Source of the DNA: an uncultured candidatus Porisulfidus sp.
GTDB taxonomy: Bacteria > Pseudomonadota > Gammaproteobacteria > Poriferisulfidales > Oxydemutatoraceae
Length of the DNA: 64,000 nt
Reading direction: 5' to 3'
Assembly: GCA_965215125.1 (NCBI GenBank)
Contig: OZ244052.1
Coordinates: 1,344,001-1,408,000, forward strand
Shown here: positions 32,990 to 43,404 of the stretch, piece after piece
How positions within the stretch are numbered: position 1 is the stretch's first letter
Layout of the letters: every line of letters starts with the position of its first letter
Translations under genes and position numbers: made by a program
The notes under the pieces: model-generated
What the model saw: the letters and a program-made list of their open reading frames with translations, nothing else
Databases searched by the model: none
Told to the model about the DNA's origin: nothing

Positions 32990-33051
32990 GTTAATATGTT
33001 TACCCACTTCTAAAGACAAATATGATATAATTTCCTCAATATATTGATAAT

Positions 33052-36000
33052 ATGCTTAAACCACTAAGGAAAATAAAGGGTATATTTACCTCTCAGCTTA
33101 TCCCTCAAACAATCTTTCTGTTTGCATGGTTTTTATTATCCGGTGTTTGCCATGCGCAAACCCAGCCCCAAATTCAAGTACGGGTATTCATGGAAGGCCT
33201 GCTGAAGCCGATACCGGAAATGGTACGGGTGGAAGCAGGTACGTTTAATATCGGGACCGAAGAATTAGTAGGTCCACAAAATAGCATTTGGAACAACGGC
33301 GCGATCGAAACAGATGATGGTCACAATTTTGAGGGAGAATGTGATATCCAGGATTGTTCAAAACCGCTAATCAACATCTTGCAGTCCTTTGAAGTCGGTA
33401 AGCATGAAATAACCCGAGAGCAATTTAAGTTTTTCCTGAATAGTGCAACACGAGAAAGTATCTCCCCTCATAGTGTGTGGAATGATCCTGAGTATTATGC
33501 CCGAAATACCGACCATCCGGCGACGTATGTGTCGTGGGACGATGCCCAAAAGTATGTGAGGTGGTTATCGGCAGAAACCGGACAAGAATATCGTTTATTG
33601 AGTGAATCAGAATGGGAATATGTAGCACGAGCAGGGACAACCTCGTTGTATTCTTTCGGTGATACGATTAGAAAAGATCAAGCGAACTTTAATAGTGTCG
33701 GCACTGTACCGGTAGGCAGTTATCCTGCCAATGATTTCGGGTTGCACGATGTTCACGGCAACGTATGGGAGTGGGTTGAAGATTGTTGGCATCAGAGTTA
33801 CAACGACTTGCCGACAGACGGTAGTGCTTGGGATACCTCTTGTGAAGGAACCGATACAGAATCGGTGCTTCGTGGTGGAGCATGGGATAGTGCCACGCCA
33901 TTACTACTACGTTCTGCGCAACGCGGCCTAGGTTCAGAAACCCGCCATTTTGACAATGTCGGATTCCGTATTGCCCGAACGCTTAAACCGCGCTTGACTA
34001 TAGCTAGCCCGCAACCGGATACGAATATTATGTTACTGCACGGAGGTGTTTCGGGTTCTACCCAAGTTCAAGTTGTAATCAACATTGCTATGCGAAGTCC
34101 GGGGACACTGATACTGAAGAGCGATGACGAGTCGGTAGTATCTGTATCTATTGACGATGCACAAATTAAATCGCCCGTCGGTAGCACCCAAACAACGGTG
34201 AAGTTTATGTTAACCGCTCAAGGCCCAGGCAATACAAGAGTCACCATATCCGTGGTGGATGACCAAGGGGTTACAAATGAGGTGAAGATTGGTGTGGAGG
34301 TCGGGTCTATCTATCCCGAAATGGTGATGGTGGAGGAAGGGGAATACATGATGGGGTCGACGGAAGGCGACATAGCTAGATTCAATGCCGGTGACGAGGG
34401 TCCGCAACATCTTGTTACCATTCCCGGAAGATTTGAAGTTAGCAGATACGAAGTAACACGAGGACAATTTGCAGCGTTCGCCGATATCGCTGGATATAGT
34501 ACTGAGGATAATGATTGTGACTGGGAAAATCCTCCAGACTTGGCTCAAGACGACAACCACCCGGTGGTGTGTGTTTCGTGGGACGATGCCCAAGCCTATT
34601 TGGAATGGTTATCGGAACAAACCAATCAGGAGTATCGGTTATTGAGCGAGTCGGAATGGGAATATGTAACACGAGCAGGGACGACTTCAACATATTATTT
34701 TGGTGATACGCTTAGCAGAGAGGATGCGAATTACAGCAGCGATGGCACCGTTCCGGTAACCAGCCCCGATTATTCTGCGAATGGTTTTGGACTGTATCAT
34801 GTTCACGGTAATGTAGAGGAGTGGGTTCAGGATTGCTGGCATGCAAACTACGAAGGTGCGCCAACGGATGGTAGTGCTTGGGAAGATAGTTGTTTCGTTA
34901 ATGCCGACCGCCGTGTAGTACGGGGTGGTTCCTGGGACGATGGGGCTACTGATCTGCGTTCCGCATCGCGCGGTTTTGACGACAAAGTAGAGCGTTATGA
35001 AACACTCGGTTTTCGTATTGCCCACTCGCCATTGACGATAGCTAGTCCGAGAGATACAGGTATTAGGCTAACACTCGGAGTTTCGCCGACTACACAAGTT
35101 CAAGTTGTCATTAAAGAGTCCGATACAACAATTCCTGCTAGGATGACATTGCAGCTAGACAGTGGTGGCGAATCGGTGGTGTCTATTTCTACAACCTCAA
35201 TCGTCATAGCACCGACCGTTAGCAAGCAAAGAACCGCAGAATTTATGCTCACTGCACAAAATGTAGGTAATACGGTGTTGACCATTGTAGTGAGGAATGA
35301 ATTGGGGAATCAAGATCAAATAAAAATACCTTTAGAAGCCGAGTCTGTCTTTCCCGAAATGTTGAGTATAAGTGCGGGGACGTTTATGATGGGGGCATCC
35401 GATGGAACTCGGGGCGATGCCGATTGGCCGCAACATCAGGTTGATATCGTCTCTGCTTTTGAAGTCGGACGATATGAAATAACGCGTAGGCAATTTGAGG
35501 TGTTTGTTGATGACACCGACTATACATCGAATGCTCGTTTATGCTCTTGGCGAGATCCGGGGTTTCCTCAAGGCGACAATCACCCGGTGGTATGTGTTAC
35601 CTGGGATGATGCCCAAGCCTATGTGGAATGGTTATCGGATAAAACTAATCAAGAGTATCGTTTATTGAGCGAATCGGAATGGGAATATGTAGCACGGGCA
35701 GGGACGACGACGACATATTCTATCAGGACCAACACCGGTTATGGTAGTAATACGATTACTACGAGCGATGCGAATTACGGCTTTTTTACACATTCAGGAA
35801 CCGTTGCCGTAGGCAGTTATTCTGAGAATGCTTTTGGGCTGTACGATGTTCACGGCAACGTATGGGAGTGGGTAGAGGATTGCTGGCATAACAGCTATGA
35901 TCCTTTTGAACCCGTTAACGGGCAATCAGATGCGCCGGCAAACGGTGAGCCTTGGTTGTCGGGTGGTTGTAGTCTGCGTGTAGTGCGTGGTGGTTCATGG

Positions 36001-36105
36001 ATAAATACCGATGCTTCTGATTTGCGTTCCGCACACCGTGCTCCAGGAACAGTAACTGCTGTCGACAATGGCTTTCGTGTTGCCCGCACACTTTCATCTC
36101 CTTGA
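33052..36105 (+). CDS. Secreted protein with three FGE-sulfatase/SUMF1 (CLec-fold) domains separated by beta-rich linker domains
   Basis: Signal-like VCHA|Q; three copies of PEM...YRLLSESEWEY..RAG...GNV(W/E)EWV.DCWH...RGG(S/A)W...GFR. Confidence 0.9.
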   Translation: MLKPLRKIKGIFTSQLIPQTIFLFAWFLLSGVCHAQTQPQIQVRVFMEGLLKPIPEMVRVEAGTFNIGTEELVGPQNSIWNNGAIETDDGHNFEGECDIQDCSKPLINILQSFEVGKHEITREQFKFFLNSATRESISPHSVWNDPEYYARNTDHPATYVSWDDAQKYVRWLSAETGQEYRLLSESEWEYVARAGTTSLYSFGDTIRKDQANFNSVGTVPVGSYPANDFGLHDVHGNVWEWVEDCWHQSYNDLPTDGSAWDTSCEGTDTESVLRGGAWDSATPLLLRSAQRGLGSETRHFDNVGFRIARTLKPRLTIASPQPDTNIMLLHGGVSGSTQVQVVINIAMRSPGTLILKSDDESVVSVSIDDAQIKSPVGSTQTTVKFMLTAQGPGNTRVTISVVDDQGVTNEVKIGVEVGSIYPEMVMVEEGEYMMGSTEGDIARFNAGDEGPQHLVTIPGRFEVSRYEVTRGQFAAFADIAGYSTEDNDCDWENPPDLAQDDNHPVVCVSWDDAQAYLEWLSEQTNQEYRLLSESEWEYVTRAGTTSTYYFGDTLSREDANYSSDGTVPVTSPDYSANGFGLYHVHGNVEEWVQDCWHANYEGAPTDGSAWEDSCFVNADRRVVRGGSWDDGATDLRSASRGFDDKVERYETLGFRIAHSPLTIASPRDTGIRLTLGVSPTTQVQVVIKESDTTIPARMTLQLDSGGESVVSISTTSIVIAPTVSKQRTAEFMLTAQNVGNTVLTIVVRNELGNQDQIKIPLEAESVFPEMLSISAGTFMMGASDGTRGDADWPQHQVDIVSAFEVGRYEITRRQFEVFVDDTDYTSNARLCSWRDPGFPQGDNHPVVCVTWDDAQAYVEWLSDKTNQEYRLLSESEWEYVARAGTTTTYSIRTNTGYGSNTITTSDANYGFFTHSGTVAVGSYSENAFGLYDVHGNVWEWVEDCWHNSYDPFEPVNGQSDAPANGEPWLSGGCSLRVVRGGSWINTDASDLRSAHRAPGTVTAVDNGFRVARTLSSP

Positions 36106-36155
36106 TTTATGGATCTGCTCTAAGGCATTTGCAAACTACCTCGTGGTCGTGTCGT

Positions 36156-36362
36156 GGGACTATTGAAATAGTATCCACGAACCGTAGGGGCGGACTTCAT
36201 GAAATTGCCGATTGACCTACTGGTTCAATCGGCGGTTCTGTTCTGCCCGTAACGCGTTGCGCCGGCACGATTTATACATTCATTCATCCAATTTATGGAA
36301 ACCAAAACCAAATGGCGCAAGCGGTTGCAGTTGTGCAAAAACAATACTTTTTCAACAGTCCT
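36156..36362 (+). mobile_element. MITE, copy 1
   Basis: Imperfect TIRs GGACTATTGAAATAGT / ACTTTTTCAACAGTCC; GTCGT on both flanks; internal homology to 63412-63700. Confidence 0.75.
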
Positions 36363-36624
36363 GTCGTATCTGCACTAGTTTATCGGAAAAACCGACTTTA
36401 ACATTGATACTAAATTGGGGGAGAACGTCAGTGCCATGCAGTTTGTGATGCTTTTCCTACGTTGCGGGATACAGCCTATATTTGATTATTCTATGTGTTT
36501 CGTTCATTTATTATTTTAACGCTTGTAGAAAGAGGTATATAATTCCCTTATTTTTTCTATAAAACTCTATAGTTTTATGCTATTTTAGTTCTGCACGGGG
36601 GGCTAATCGGCACTTATATTTTTC

Positions 36625-37134
36625 ATGATACATTTAAGCGACAACCGAACTATTTATCTGACAGCTTGGATTTTGTGCTTGCTGGCATTGATGATTTCGG
36701 TCTTTTTTATGCAGGGATACCTTAACCTTGAACCTTGTCCGTTGTGCATTATTAGTCGCTTTATAGTCGCCGCACTTGCATTGTTATTTTTATTGATCGT
36801 GTTGCACAACCCCGGTGTTTTAGGATACAGACTGTATGCAGGACTATCCATGATACTGATTGGGGCAGGCATCGCCGTCTCTGCCAGACATATTTGGTTG
36901 CAGAGTTTGCCGCCCGAACTTGTTCCCGGTTGCACCCCCGATATTCAATATCTATTCGACCGTTTTCCGTTGTTCGAGGCACTGGAGACAATTTTCAATA
37001 GCACCGGAGAATGTGCCGATATTAGCTGGACCTTTCTGGGGTTGACGATACCACAGCAGACATTATTATTTTTTATTGCTTTGTTATTGCTGGTATTATT
37101 TGCGTTTGTTAAAAGCTACAGACGGGTGCAATGA
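36625..37134 (+). CDS. dsbB: Disulfide bond formation protein DsbB
   Basis: LEPCPLC, RHIWLQ, second Cys pair, four TM helices. Confidence 0.93.
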   Translation: MIHLSDNRTIYLTAWILCLLALMISVFFMQGYLNLEPCPLCIISRFIVAALALLFLLIVLHNPGVLGYRLYAGLSMILIGAGIAVSARHIWLQSLPPELVPGCTPDIQYLFDRFPLFEALETIFNSTGECADISWTFLGLTIPQQTLLFFIALLLLVLFAFVKSYRRVQ

Positions 37135-37799
37135 GTCGTATAGTATCCATCAATGTATCTAAACCGGTGCCGTTGGTTTATAAAGGGCGTCGTGTTCAAA
37201 GTAGTATTCGCAAGCAGCCGGTCACCGGTACCGTCTCGTTAGGCATGCAGGGTTTGGACGGTGACCGGCAAGCCGATCTTCGTAATCACGGTGGGCGAGA
37301 AAAAGGCGTTTATATTTATCCGTCCGAGCACTATAAAACTTGGGAAGAGCATTTGAACAAGCGGTTGGTATACGGCACCTTGGGTGAGAACTTAACAGCC
37401 GAAGGCTTGTTTGAAACCGAACTTTGTGTCGGGGATCGTCTGGTCATTGCCGATGCCGTCGTTGAAATAACGCAGCCGCGTATACCTTGTTATAAGCTTG
37501 ATATGAGTGTGGAACAGGACGGTTTTTCTAAAACTTTTGCACAAAGTTGTAAACTAGGTGGTTATGCAAGAATTATCAAAGGCGGCACTTTGGTAGCCGG
37601 TGAAGAAATCGTGTTTGTGCATCGCGCCCCAGAGCGTATTAGCGTGCAACAAATCGCGCGTCTTTATTTTATAGACAAACAGAATTACGATGCTTTGGAG
37701 CAGGTTGTCAAAATCAAGGCATTACCGTATTCCATACGGCATGTATTCGAGAAGCGATTGGCAGCTTCCAAAATGCAAGGCAACTTGATACGAGATTAA
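37131..37799 (+). CDS. MOSC-domain protein (YiiM-like)
   Basis: GDRQAD..HGG, GENL, QPRIPCYK. Confidence 0.9.
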   Translation: MSRIVSINVSKPVPLVYKGRRVQSSIRKQPVTGTVSLGMQGLDGDRQADLRNHGGREKGVYIYPSEHYKTWEEHLNKRLVYGTLGENLTAEGLFETELCVGDRLVIADAVVEITQPRIPCYKLDMSVEQDGFSKTFAQSCKLGGYARIIKGGTLVAGEEIVFVHRAPERISVQQIARLYFIDKQNYDALEQVVKIKALPYSIRHVFEKRLAASKMQGNLIRD

Positions 37800-37801
37800 A
37801 G

Positions 37802-38641
37802 GTGACCGACGGAACAATAACACCGATTGCATTAATCGGCTACGGCAATATCGCACATAGTTTGCTGAAAGGCTTGCTCGCCGCCGGATACGAAGCCAAT
37901 AATATACGCATATCGGATCCGACTACCTCTAAATTGTCGGAGAGCAACAGGCAAAACGAGGCAATACGCACCTACGCTTCTAATTTGTCGGCGATTGAAG
38001 ATGCGACAATAGCAATTTTATGTGTGAAACCCGATGTGGTGCCTAAGGTGTGTGCAGAGATTAAAGATGCGTTGATAAGGCAGTCTGTGTTGTTGGTTTC
38101 GGTTGCCGCCGGTGTACCGGTGGATTTGTTGCAGCGATGGACTACGAGTACACAGCCTATCATACGCTGCATGCCTAATACGCCATCTTCGGTGGGTTGC
38201 GGGATGACCGCGCTATACGCTAATCGACATATCGGCGATGCTCATAAAAAATTAAGCGAGGATATTTTTGCCACGGTAGGTTCTACCGTTTGGTTGGAAA
38301 ATGAAAAAGATATGCACATCGTCACTGCGCTCTCGGGTAGTGGCCCTGCTTATTTTTTTAGATTTACCGAAGCCTTTGAGAAAGCCGCAAAGGAATTGGA
38401 TTGTCCGTCGGGGATAGCCCGAAAGCTGGCAATACAAACTTTGTACGGTGCTGCGACGCTCGCCTCAAAAAGCCACTGTGAGTTGTCGGTTTTGAGAGAA
38501 CGGATTACCTCCAAAGGTGGGACTACCGAACGAGGCCTGCAAGTTTTAGAGCAGGTGGATATAGATCGAATCGCACACTCGGTACTAACTGCAGCATCTT
38601 TGTGTTCTGCCGAAATATCGGATCAATTGGAGGATTCGTGA
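37802..38641 (+). CDS. proC: Pyrroline-5-carboxylate reductase
   Basis: IGYGN, RCMPNTP, ALSGSGPAY, TSKGGTT. Confidence 0.96.
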   Translation: MTDGTITPIALIGYGNIAHSLLKGLLAAGYEANNIRISDPTTSKLSESNRQNEAIRTYASNLSAIEDATIAILCVKPDVVPKVCAEIKDALIRQSVLLVSVAAGVPVDLLQRWTTSTQPIIRCMPNTPSSVGCGMTALYANRHIGDAHKKLSEDIFATVGSTVWLENEKDMHIVTALSGSGPAYFFRFTEAFEKAAKELDCPSGIARKLAIQTLYGAATLASKSHCELSVLRERITSKGGTTERGLQVLEQVDIDRIAHSVLTAASLCSAEISDQLEDS

Positions 38642-39195
38642 TGAGTAGTGTGCAGCAGATTGCTTTGTTCTTAGTCGATACGCTGATGACTTTGTATATT
38701 TTCTTTTTGATTGCCCGAGCAATACTGGAGGCGAGCGAGGCAGATTTTTACAATCCGATATCGCAAAGCGTTTATACGATAACCCAACCAATACTTAGAT
38801 TAATCAGGTTCGTGATACCGGTGAAAGGAACCTGGGATATAGGCTGCTGGTTATTGATTTATGTTATGCGAGTGTCCGAACTTTTTTTGATCGCGCTGAT
38901 ACAAGGTATTTCTTGGCCAGTGGAGCTATTGCTCAAGATAGCCGCTTTTCAGGTCGTAGAATGGCTGATTCAATTTTATGCGATTGCGATTTTCGTTTTA
39001 GCGATTGCGAGCTGGTTTGTGAGACCTACGACTATGATACAAAACCCTGTTTTGGCGTTGCTTAATCATATTGTCGCACCACTGATAGCACCGGTTAGGC
39101 GTTTGATGCCCAGCGTAGGTGTGGTGGATTTTAGTCCGATGGTTGTGCTGTTGGCACTGTATATATTGCTCAATATAATTCGGACATTTTATTGA
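38641..39195 (+). CDS. yggT: YggT-family membrane protein
   Basis: ADFYNPISQ, DFSPMV; follows proC. Confidence 0.9.
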   Translation: MSSVQQIALFLVDTLMTLYIFFLIARAILEASEADFYNPISQSVYTITQPILRLIRFVIPVKGTWDIGCWLLIYVMRVSELFLIALIQGISWPVELLLKIAAFQVVEWLIQFYAIAIFVLAIASWFVRPTTMIQNPVLALLNHIVAPLIAPVRRLMPSVGVVDFSPMVVLLALYILLNIIRTFY

Positions 39196-39206
39196 ACCGA
39201 GTATAG

Positions 39207-40223
39207 ATGGGAACCTTGGTTTTGGGTATAGAGACTTCTTGCGACGAGACCGGCATCGGTTTGGTTGACTCGCAGGCGGGTGTGGTGGGAGAAGCCCTTT
39301 TTAGTCAGGTTCTTCTACACCAATCTTATGGCGGGGTCGTTCCCGAACTCGCATCCAGAGATCATGTGCGCAAATTGTTGCCTCTGCTGAAAAAAGCCTT
39401 AGGTGATTATCGTATTGAACAGCTTGATGCGATTGCTTATACCGCTGGTCCCGGTTTGATAGGCGCATTGCTCACCGGTGCGGTATTCGGGCATAGTTTG
39501 GCGTGGGCATTAAAGAAACCGGCACTGGGCATACACCACTTAGAAGCCCATATACTCGCTTGTATGCTAGAGGTGCCGTCGTGGCGACCACCTTATTTGG
39601 CATTGTTGGTGTCGGGTGGACACACGCAGTTGATAGAGGTATTGGGTTTGGGAACATACCGATTATTGGGTGATACTTTGGATGATGCCGTAGGAGAAGC
39701 CTTTGATAAAGTTGCCAAGATGTTGGGCTTGCCCTATCCGGGCGGACCGGCAATTTCCAAACTTGCCGAGCGCGGCGTAGCAGGACGTTTTGAGTTCACC
39801 AGTCCCATGGTGGATAGACCGGGCCTGGATTTTAGTTTTAGCGGATTGAAAACACAAGTGATGAATCATGTCTCAAAATGCACAAATGACGAACAGACAT
39901 ACGCCGATATCGCATTGGCTTTTGAGACCGCTGCGATTAACGCACTAATCGTAAAAAGCAAGCGAGCATTGAAGCAAACAGCGTATAAACAATTTGTGGT
40001 TGCCGGCGGCGTTGCGGCAAACCGTCGCTTGCGCAATAAGCTAAAAGAATTGACGGAAGATGCCGTTCAAGTAGTCTACCCTAAACCTGATTTGTGTGTG
40101 GATAATGGGGTGATGGTTGCTTATGCCGGCATGGTGCGATTTCTGGCAGGGCAACAGGCGGATTTGTCTTTGCAAGTCAAAGCTCGTTGGCAACTATCCG
40201 ATTTGTGTCATGTCAACCCCTAA
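39207..40223 (+). CDS. tsaD: tRNA t6A synthesis protein TsaD
   Basis: GIETSCDETG, HHLEAH, VSGGHT, DDAVGEAFDK, DNGVM. Confidence 0.97.
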   Translation: MGTLVLGIETSCDETGIGLVDSQAGVVGEALFSQVLLHQSYGGVVPELASRDHVRKLLPLLKKALGDYRIEQLDAIAYTAGPGLIGALLTGAVFGHSLAWALKKPALGIHHLEAHILACMLEVPSWRPPYLALLVSGGHTQLIEVLGLGTYRLLGDTLDDAVGEAFDKVAKMLGLPYPGGPAISKLAERGVAGRFEFTSPMVDRPGLDFSFSGLKTQVMNHVSKCTNDEQTYADIALAFETAAINALIVKSKRALKQTAYKQFVVAGGVAANRRLRNKLKELTEDAVQVVYPKPDLCVDNGVMVAYAGMVRFLAGQQADLSLQVKARWQLSDLCHVNP

Positions 40224-40283
40224 AACCATGGTTTATAGTAAAATAAGTGGTTAATGAAATTGCTATAGGAAGAGGGCTTCATT

Positions 40284-42203
40284 TTGATTCAGGTAATTAT
40301 TCAAACTATTCAGCTGTTAGGACGCCGTGTCATACTAAAGATAAGCTATCTTTCGGGGGCACTCGTATTTTCCGGGTTATTTCAGATAATACCTCTAATG
40401 CTTATCATGCCTCTTATACGGGTAATAGCCCGACCTAATAAACAAAGCGAAGGCTTGCCTAGGAGAATGAAGGCTTTGCTTCCGGAAGACTTTGCAAATT
40501 ACTTGGATAATCTAATAGCAACTACGGAGACGACCACATTGATAATTTCTATTGCGGCATCTGCATTATTGCTATTAGGTACTCAGGCTTTGATGACTAA
40601 ATACATAAGAAAATACACAACTAACTTTGTGAACAAGCAAAGTAATACATTGGCAAATAAACTATTTAATAATTATCTTGAAGCGGATATATTTAGCTAT
40701 GCTAATCCTATGTCTCAGATAGATTCAGGATGCGGTGCTTTGGCACAAATGTTGAATGGCGCGATTATAACCTTTTTTAATATTAGTATGTTTTTCTTAA
40801 TGGCTTTTATTTTGATTTATATATATCCCTTACCCGGGTTTGCCAGTGTAGTAATTATCGTTGGTTCTGTTTCTCTACTAGCCTTTGTTATCCAACCTAA
40901 AATGAATCTTTTAATCAATCAGGCCGACTTGGCTATAAGCAAAGGCTCAAGTGCATTGAAGGATAGCATGGGTGCCATTAAGGAAATCAAATTAATGGGT
41001 AGAGAACGTTTCTTTTTCAATCGCTATCTACAAAGTCAATTAAATAAACAGGACCAACAAGAACTAAAGGAAAGATTTAAGGGCATATCAAATGTTATAC
41101 AGTTAATTATGCGATATTTAGGACTCGCTGTAGGTATTTCATTGGCCATATACTCGTTACCTAAACAGGAATTAGCCGGTTTTGTGATGATTTTTATGCT
41201 ACTTGCAATGAGAGTAACCATGCACGCGCAACAAATACTAACTAACAGTTCGATTGTTTCTCGTTCACTCCTGACGCTTAAGCTACATTACAAAACTCTG
41301 TTAAAGTACGATAAAAAACATTCAAATTTCAAAGATGAGCAGATAGTATGCAAAGAGAACATAGAATTTAAAAACATATATTTCCGACACGATAATACAA
41401 AAGATGATGAAGATCAGGAAAATTATGAAATCGAGGCATTATTACAACAAGAGAAAGAAGAGGAAGAAGAAGAGGAACTCCCATTTATATTGGAAGACGT
41501 AAATTTCAAGGTAAGGCAAGGTCATTTCATAGGATTAGTGGGGAGAAATGGTTCGGGGAAAAGTACTGTTCTTGATCTGTTTGCCGGGCTTCTTATACCT
41601 ACCAAAGGTAGTATATTATTAGATGGGAAGGCATTAGGGGTGTCCGATCGCAGAAACTGGCGTCGGCAAATTAACTATGTAATCCAAAAGCCTCATATCA
41701 TATCGGAGACTATTTTATACAATGTAACCCTAGGTTTGGAAAAAGAAGAAATAGACCAACAACTATTGGAAAACGCACTGAAGTTGTCTATGTTGGATCA
41801 AGTAATTGAGCAGTTGCCCAAAGGCTTGGAAACCCTCGTTGGTATGAGAGGAACAAAAATTTCCGGAGGACAAGCACAGCGTATAGTACTTGCTAGAGCA
41901 ATTTATCAAGATCGCCCGGTGTTATGTCTAGATGAAGCAACTCGCGCTATCGATGCAGCGACGGAAGCTGAGATTATGGAGAAAATTGCTGTTATGCGAG
42001 GTCAAAAAACGCTTATCATAGTGACACATCGAGTGCAATCGCTTAAACAGTGCGATAAGATTTATGTTTTGGACGATAAAAAAATAGCTGCTGAAGGTGA
42101 TTATGAAACGTTATGTGAAACTAGTGAATTGTTTAGGTTATTTGCTTTAGGTGAAAGGCGGAAGAAAACAAAGAAAGAAGAGAGAATTCCCTCGGTTGCC
42201 TGA
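40284..42203 (+). CDS. ABC exporter, fused TMD and ATPase; start uncertain
   Basis: TM helices, GRNGSGKS, ISGGQ, LDEAT, H-loop; AT-rich. Confidence 0.85.
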   Translation: MIQVIIQTIQLLGRRVILKISYLSGALVFSGLFQIIPLMLIMPLIRVIARPNKQSEGLPRRMKALLPEDFANYLDNLIATTETTTLIISIAASALLLLGTQALMTKYIRKYTTNFVNKQSNTLANKLFNNYLEADIFSYANPMSQIDSGCGALAQMLNGAIITFFNISMFFLMAFILIYIYPLPGFASVVIIVGSVSLLAFVIQPKMNLLINQADLAISKGSSALKDSMGAIKEIKLMGRERFFFNRYLQSQLNKQDQQELKERFKGISNVIQLIMRYLGLAVGISLAIYSLPKQELAGFVMIFMLLAMRVTMHAQQILTNSSIVSRSLLTLKLHYKTLLKYDKKHSNFKDEQIVCKENIEFKNIYFRHDNTKDDEDQENYEIEALLQQEKEEEEEEELPFILEDVNFKVRQGHFIGLVGRNGSGKSTVLDLFAGLLIPTKGSILLDGKALGVSDRRNWRRQINYVIQKPHIISETILYNVTLGLEKEEIDQQLLENALKLSMLDQVIEQLPKGLETLVGMRGTKISGGQAQRIVLARAIYQDRPVLCLDEATRAIDAATEAEIMEKIAVMRGQKTLIIVTHRVQSLKQCDKIYVLDDKKIAAEGDYETLCETSELFRLFALGERRKKTKKEERIPSVA

Positions 42204-42212
42204 TAGGATAAC

Positions 42213-42437
42213 CTACTTTTCCCACTCTTTTAGTATCGGCGGTGTGCGCTTTTCCTTGAGTTTGGCTTCGGCTTCTCCTTGGCTATCGGCAAAAATAATT
42301 TTCGCAATAATTGTATCGTTTTTTAAACTCGCCCGTATTTCCCGAACTTTCGTTTTTGCTTCCTTAAAAGAAACAAAGCAATCTAATTGCTCTATACTAT
42401 TTGCTTGCTTATCTATCTTATATATGAAGTACGGCAT
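42213..42437 (-). CDS. Small hypothetical protein downstream of soeC
   Basis: 74 aa ORF co-oriented with and 15 bp after soeC. Confidence 0.7.
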   Translation of the reverse strand: MPYFIYKIDKQANSIEQLDCFVSFKEAKTKVREIRASLKNDTIIAKIIFADSQGEAEAKLKEKRTPPILKEWEK

Positions 42438-42452
42438 GCCGATCAGATAGTC

Positions 42453-43391
42453 TTAAACCTTGGTGGTGCCGTGGTATAGATTTACGACGTGTCGTGCCTC
42501 CGAGAAAAATAACCAGCGTTCTATCAATACACCTAAAAAAGAAGATAAGAACCCTATAAGCATTAAGGGCAGTGCGATAGATACCTGTGCCATCGTACCG
42601 ATCAATAACAATGCCGGCAGTATGAACGCCAACATAAAAACCGAGGTGCGTAGTAATAAACTCTTGTTTTTCGTTATCGTATAGCCGAACTCGTCGGTTA
42701 GAAAGGTGCCGGAAGTATGCCCTACATCGAGCAACCGCACCGGCTCACGCGTGAATCCGGTTGCGGTAGCAATCGTGGAACTCTCGGGAATACCTATCCA
42801 TGCGTAATAAATAAGTTTTGAAACGGCAGCCAGCAAAACAAAAGTCAGCGCAAGGATTAAAACGGTTAAAGAATAGGTGCCGGTCGCTTCCAATATCGCA
42901 AGTATCAAAAGGCTTCCTGTCGTCAGTGCCAAAAAAATGTAATTCATCGGTGTCATTGCAGTATGCCACTGCGGAATGGTTTTCAGACAAGCGTATATCA
43001 TCCCCGTTGAAAAAACGGTAGCCAATGCCAAGCCTAGAGTTGATAAAGAAGCGACTATCCATAAGGTATACGACTGCTCGGCAATACCTAGCCACCATCC
43101 GCCTATCCAAAGTAAGGCAACGGGGAAGAACACGACGGCTATCACGGCCTCTCGTGCCAGCCACGATGTTTTGAAACGGCTGAATGCTCGCCACGCATTT
43201 TTAGGGTTTGCCAAATGCAAGGTAGACGAAAACAAACCCAAGATAATCAATATAAAACCGACCCCGCACAGTGTTGTGAATAGCGTAGCATCGGGCTTAT
43301 TAAATAAGGTATAAGCCGATAGAACCATGAATAAACCGAATCCTGCACCGGAGGCGGTAGTAAAAAATATAATCGATAAAGCGGGTTGCAT
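42453..43391 (-). CDS. soeC: DmsC-type membrane anchor SoeC
   Basis: PALSIIFFT, STLHLANP, SWLARE, ERWLFF...HVVNLYHG. Confidence 0.88.
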   Translation of the reverse strand: MQPALSIIFFTTASGAGFGLFMVLSAYTLFNKPDATLFTTLCGVGFILIILGLFSSTLHLANPKNAWRAFSRFKTSWLAREAVIAVVFFPVALLWIGGWWLGIAEQSYTLWIVASLSTLGLALATVFSTGMIYACLKTIPQWHTAMTPMNYIFLALTTGSLLILAILEATGTYSLTVLILALTFVLLAAVSKLIYYAWIGIPESSTIATATGFTREPVRLLDVGHTSGTFLTDEFGYTITKNKSLLLRTSVFMLAFILPALLLIGTMAQVSIALPLMLIGFLSSFLGVLIERWLFFSEARHVVNLYHGTTKV

Positions 43392-43404
43392 CGTAGCTTT
43401 AAGA

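Noticed and set aside
33052-36400. Complete diversity-generating retroelement
   Set aside because: No reverse transcriptase, Avd or adenine-variant template repeat seen; differences among the three domains are not adenine-specific.
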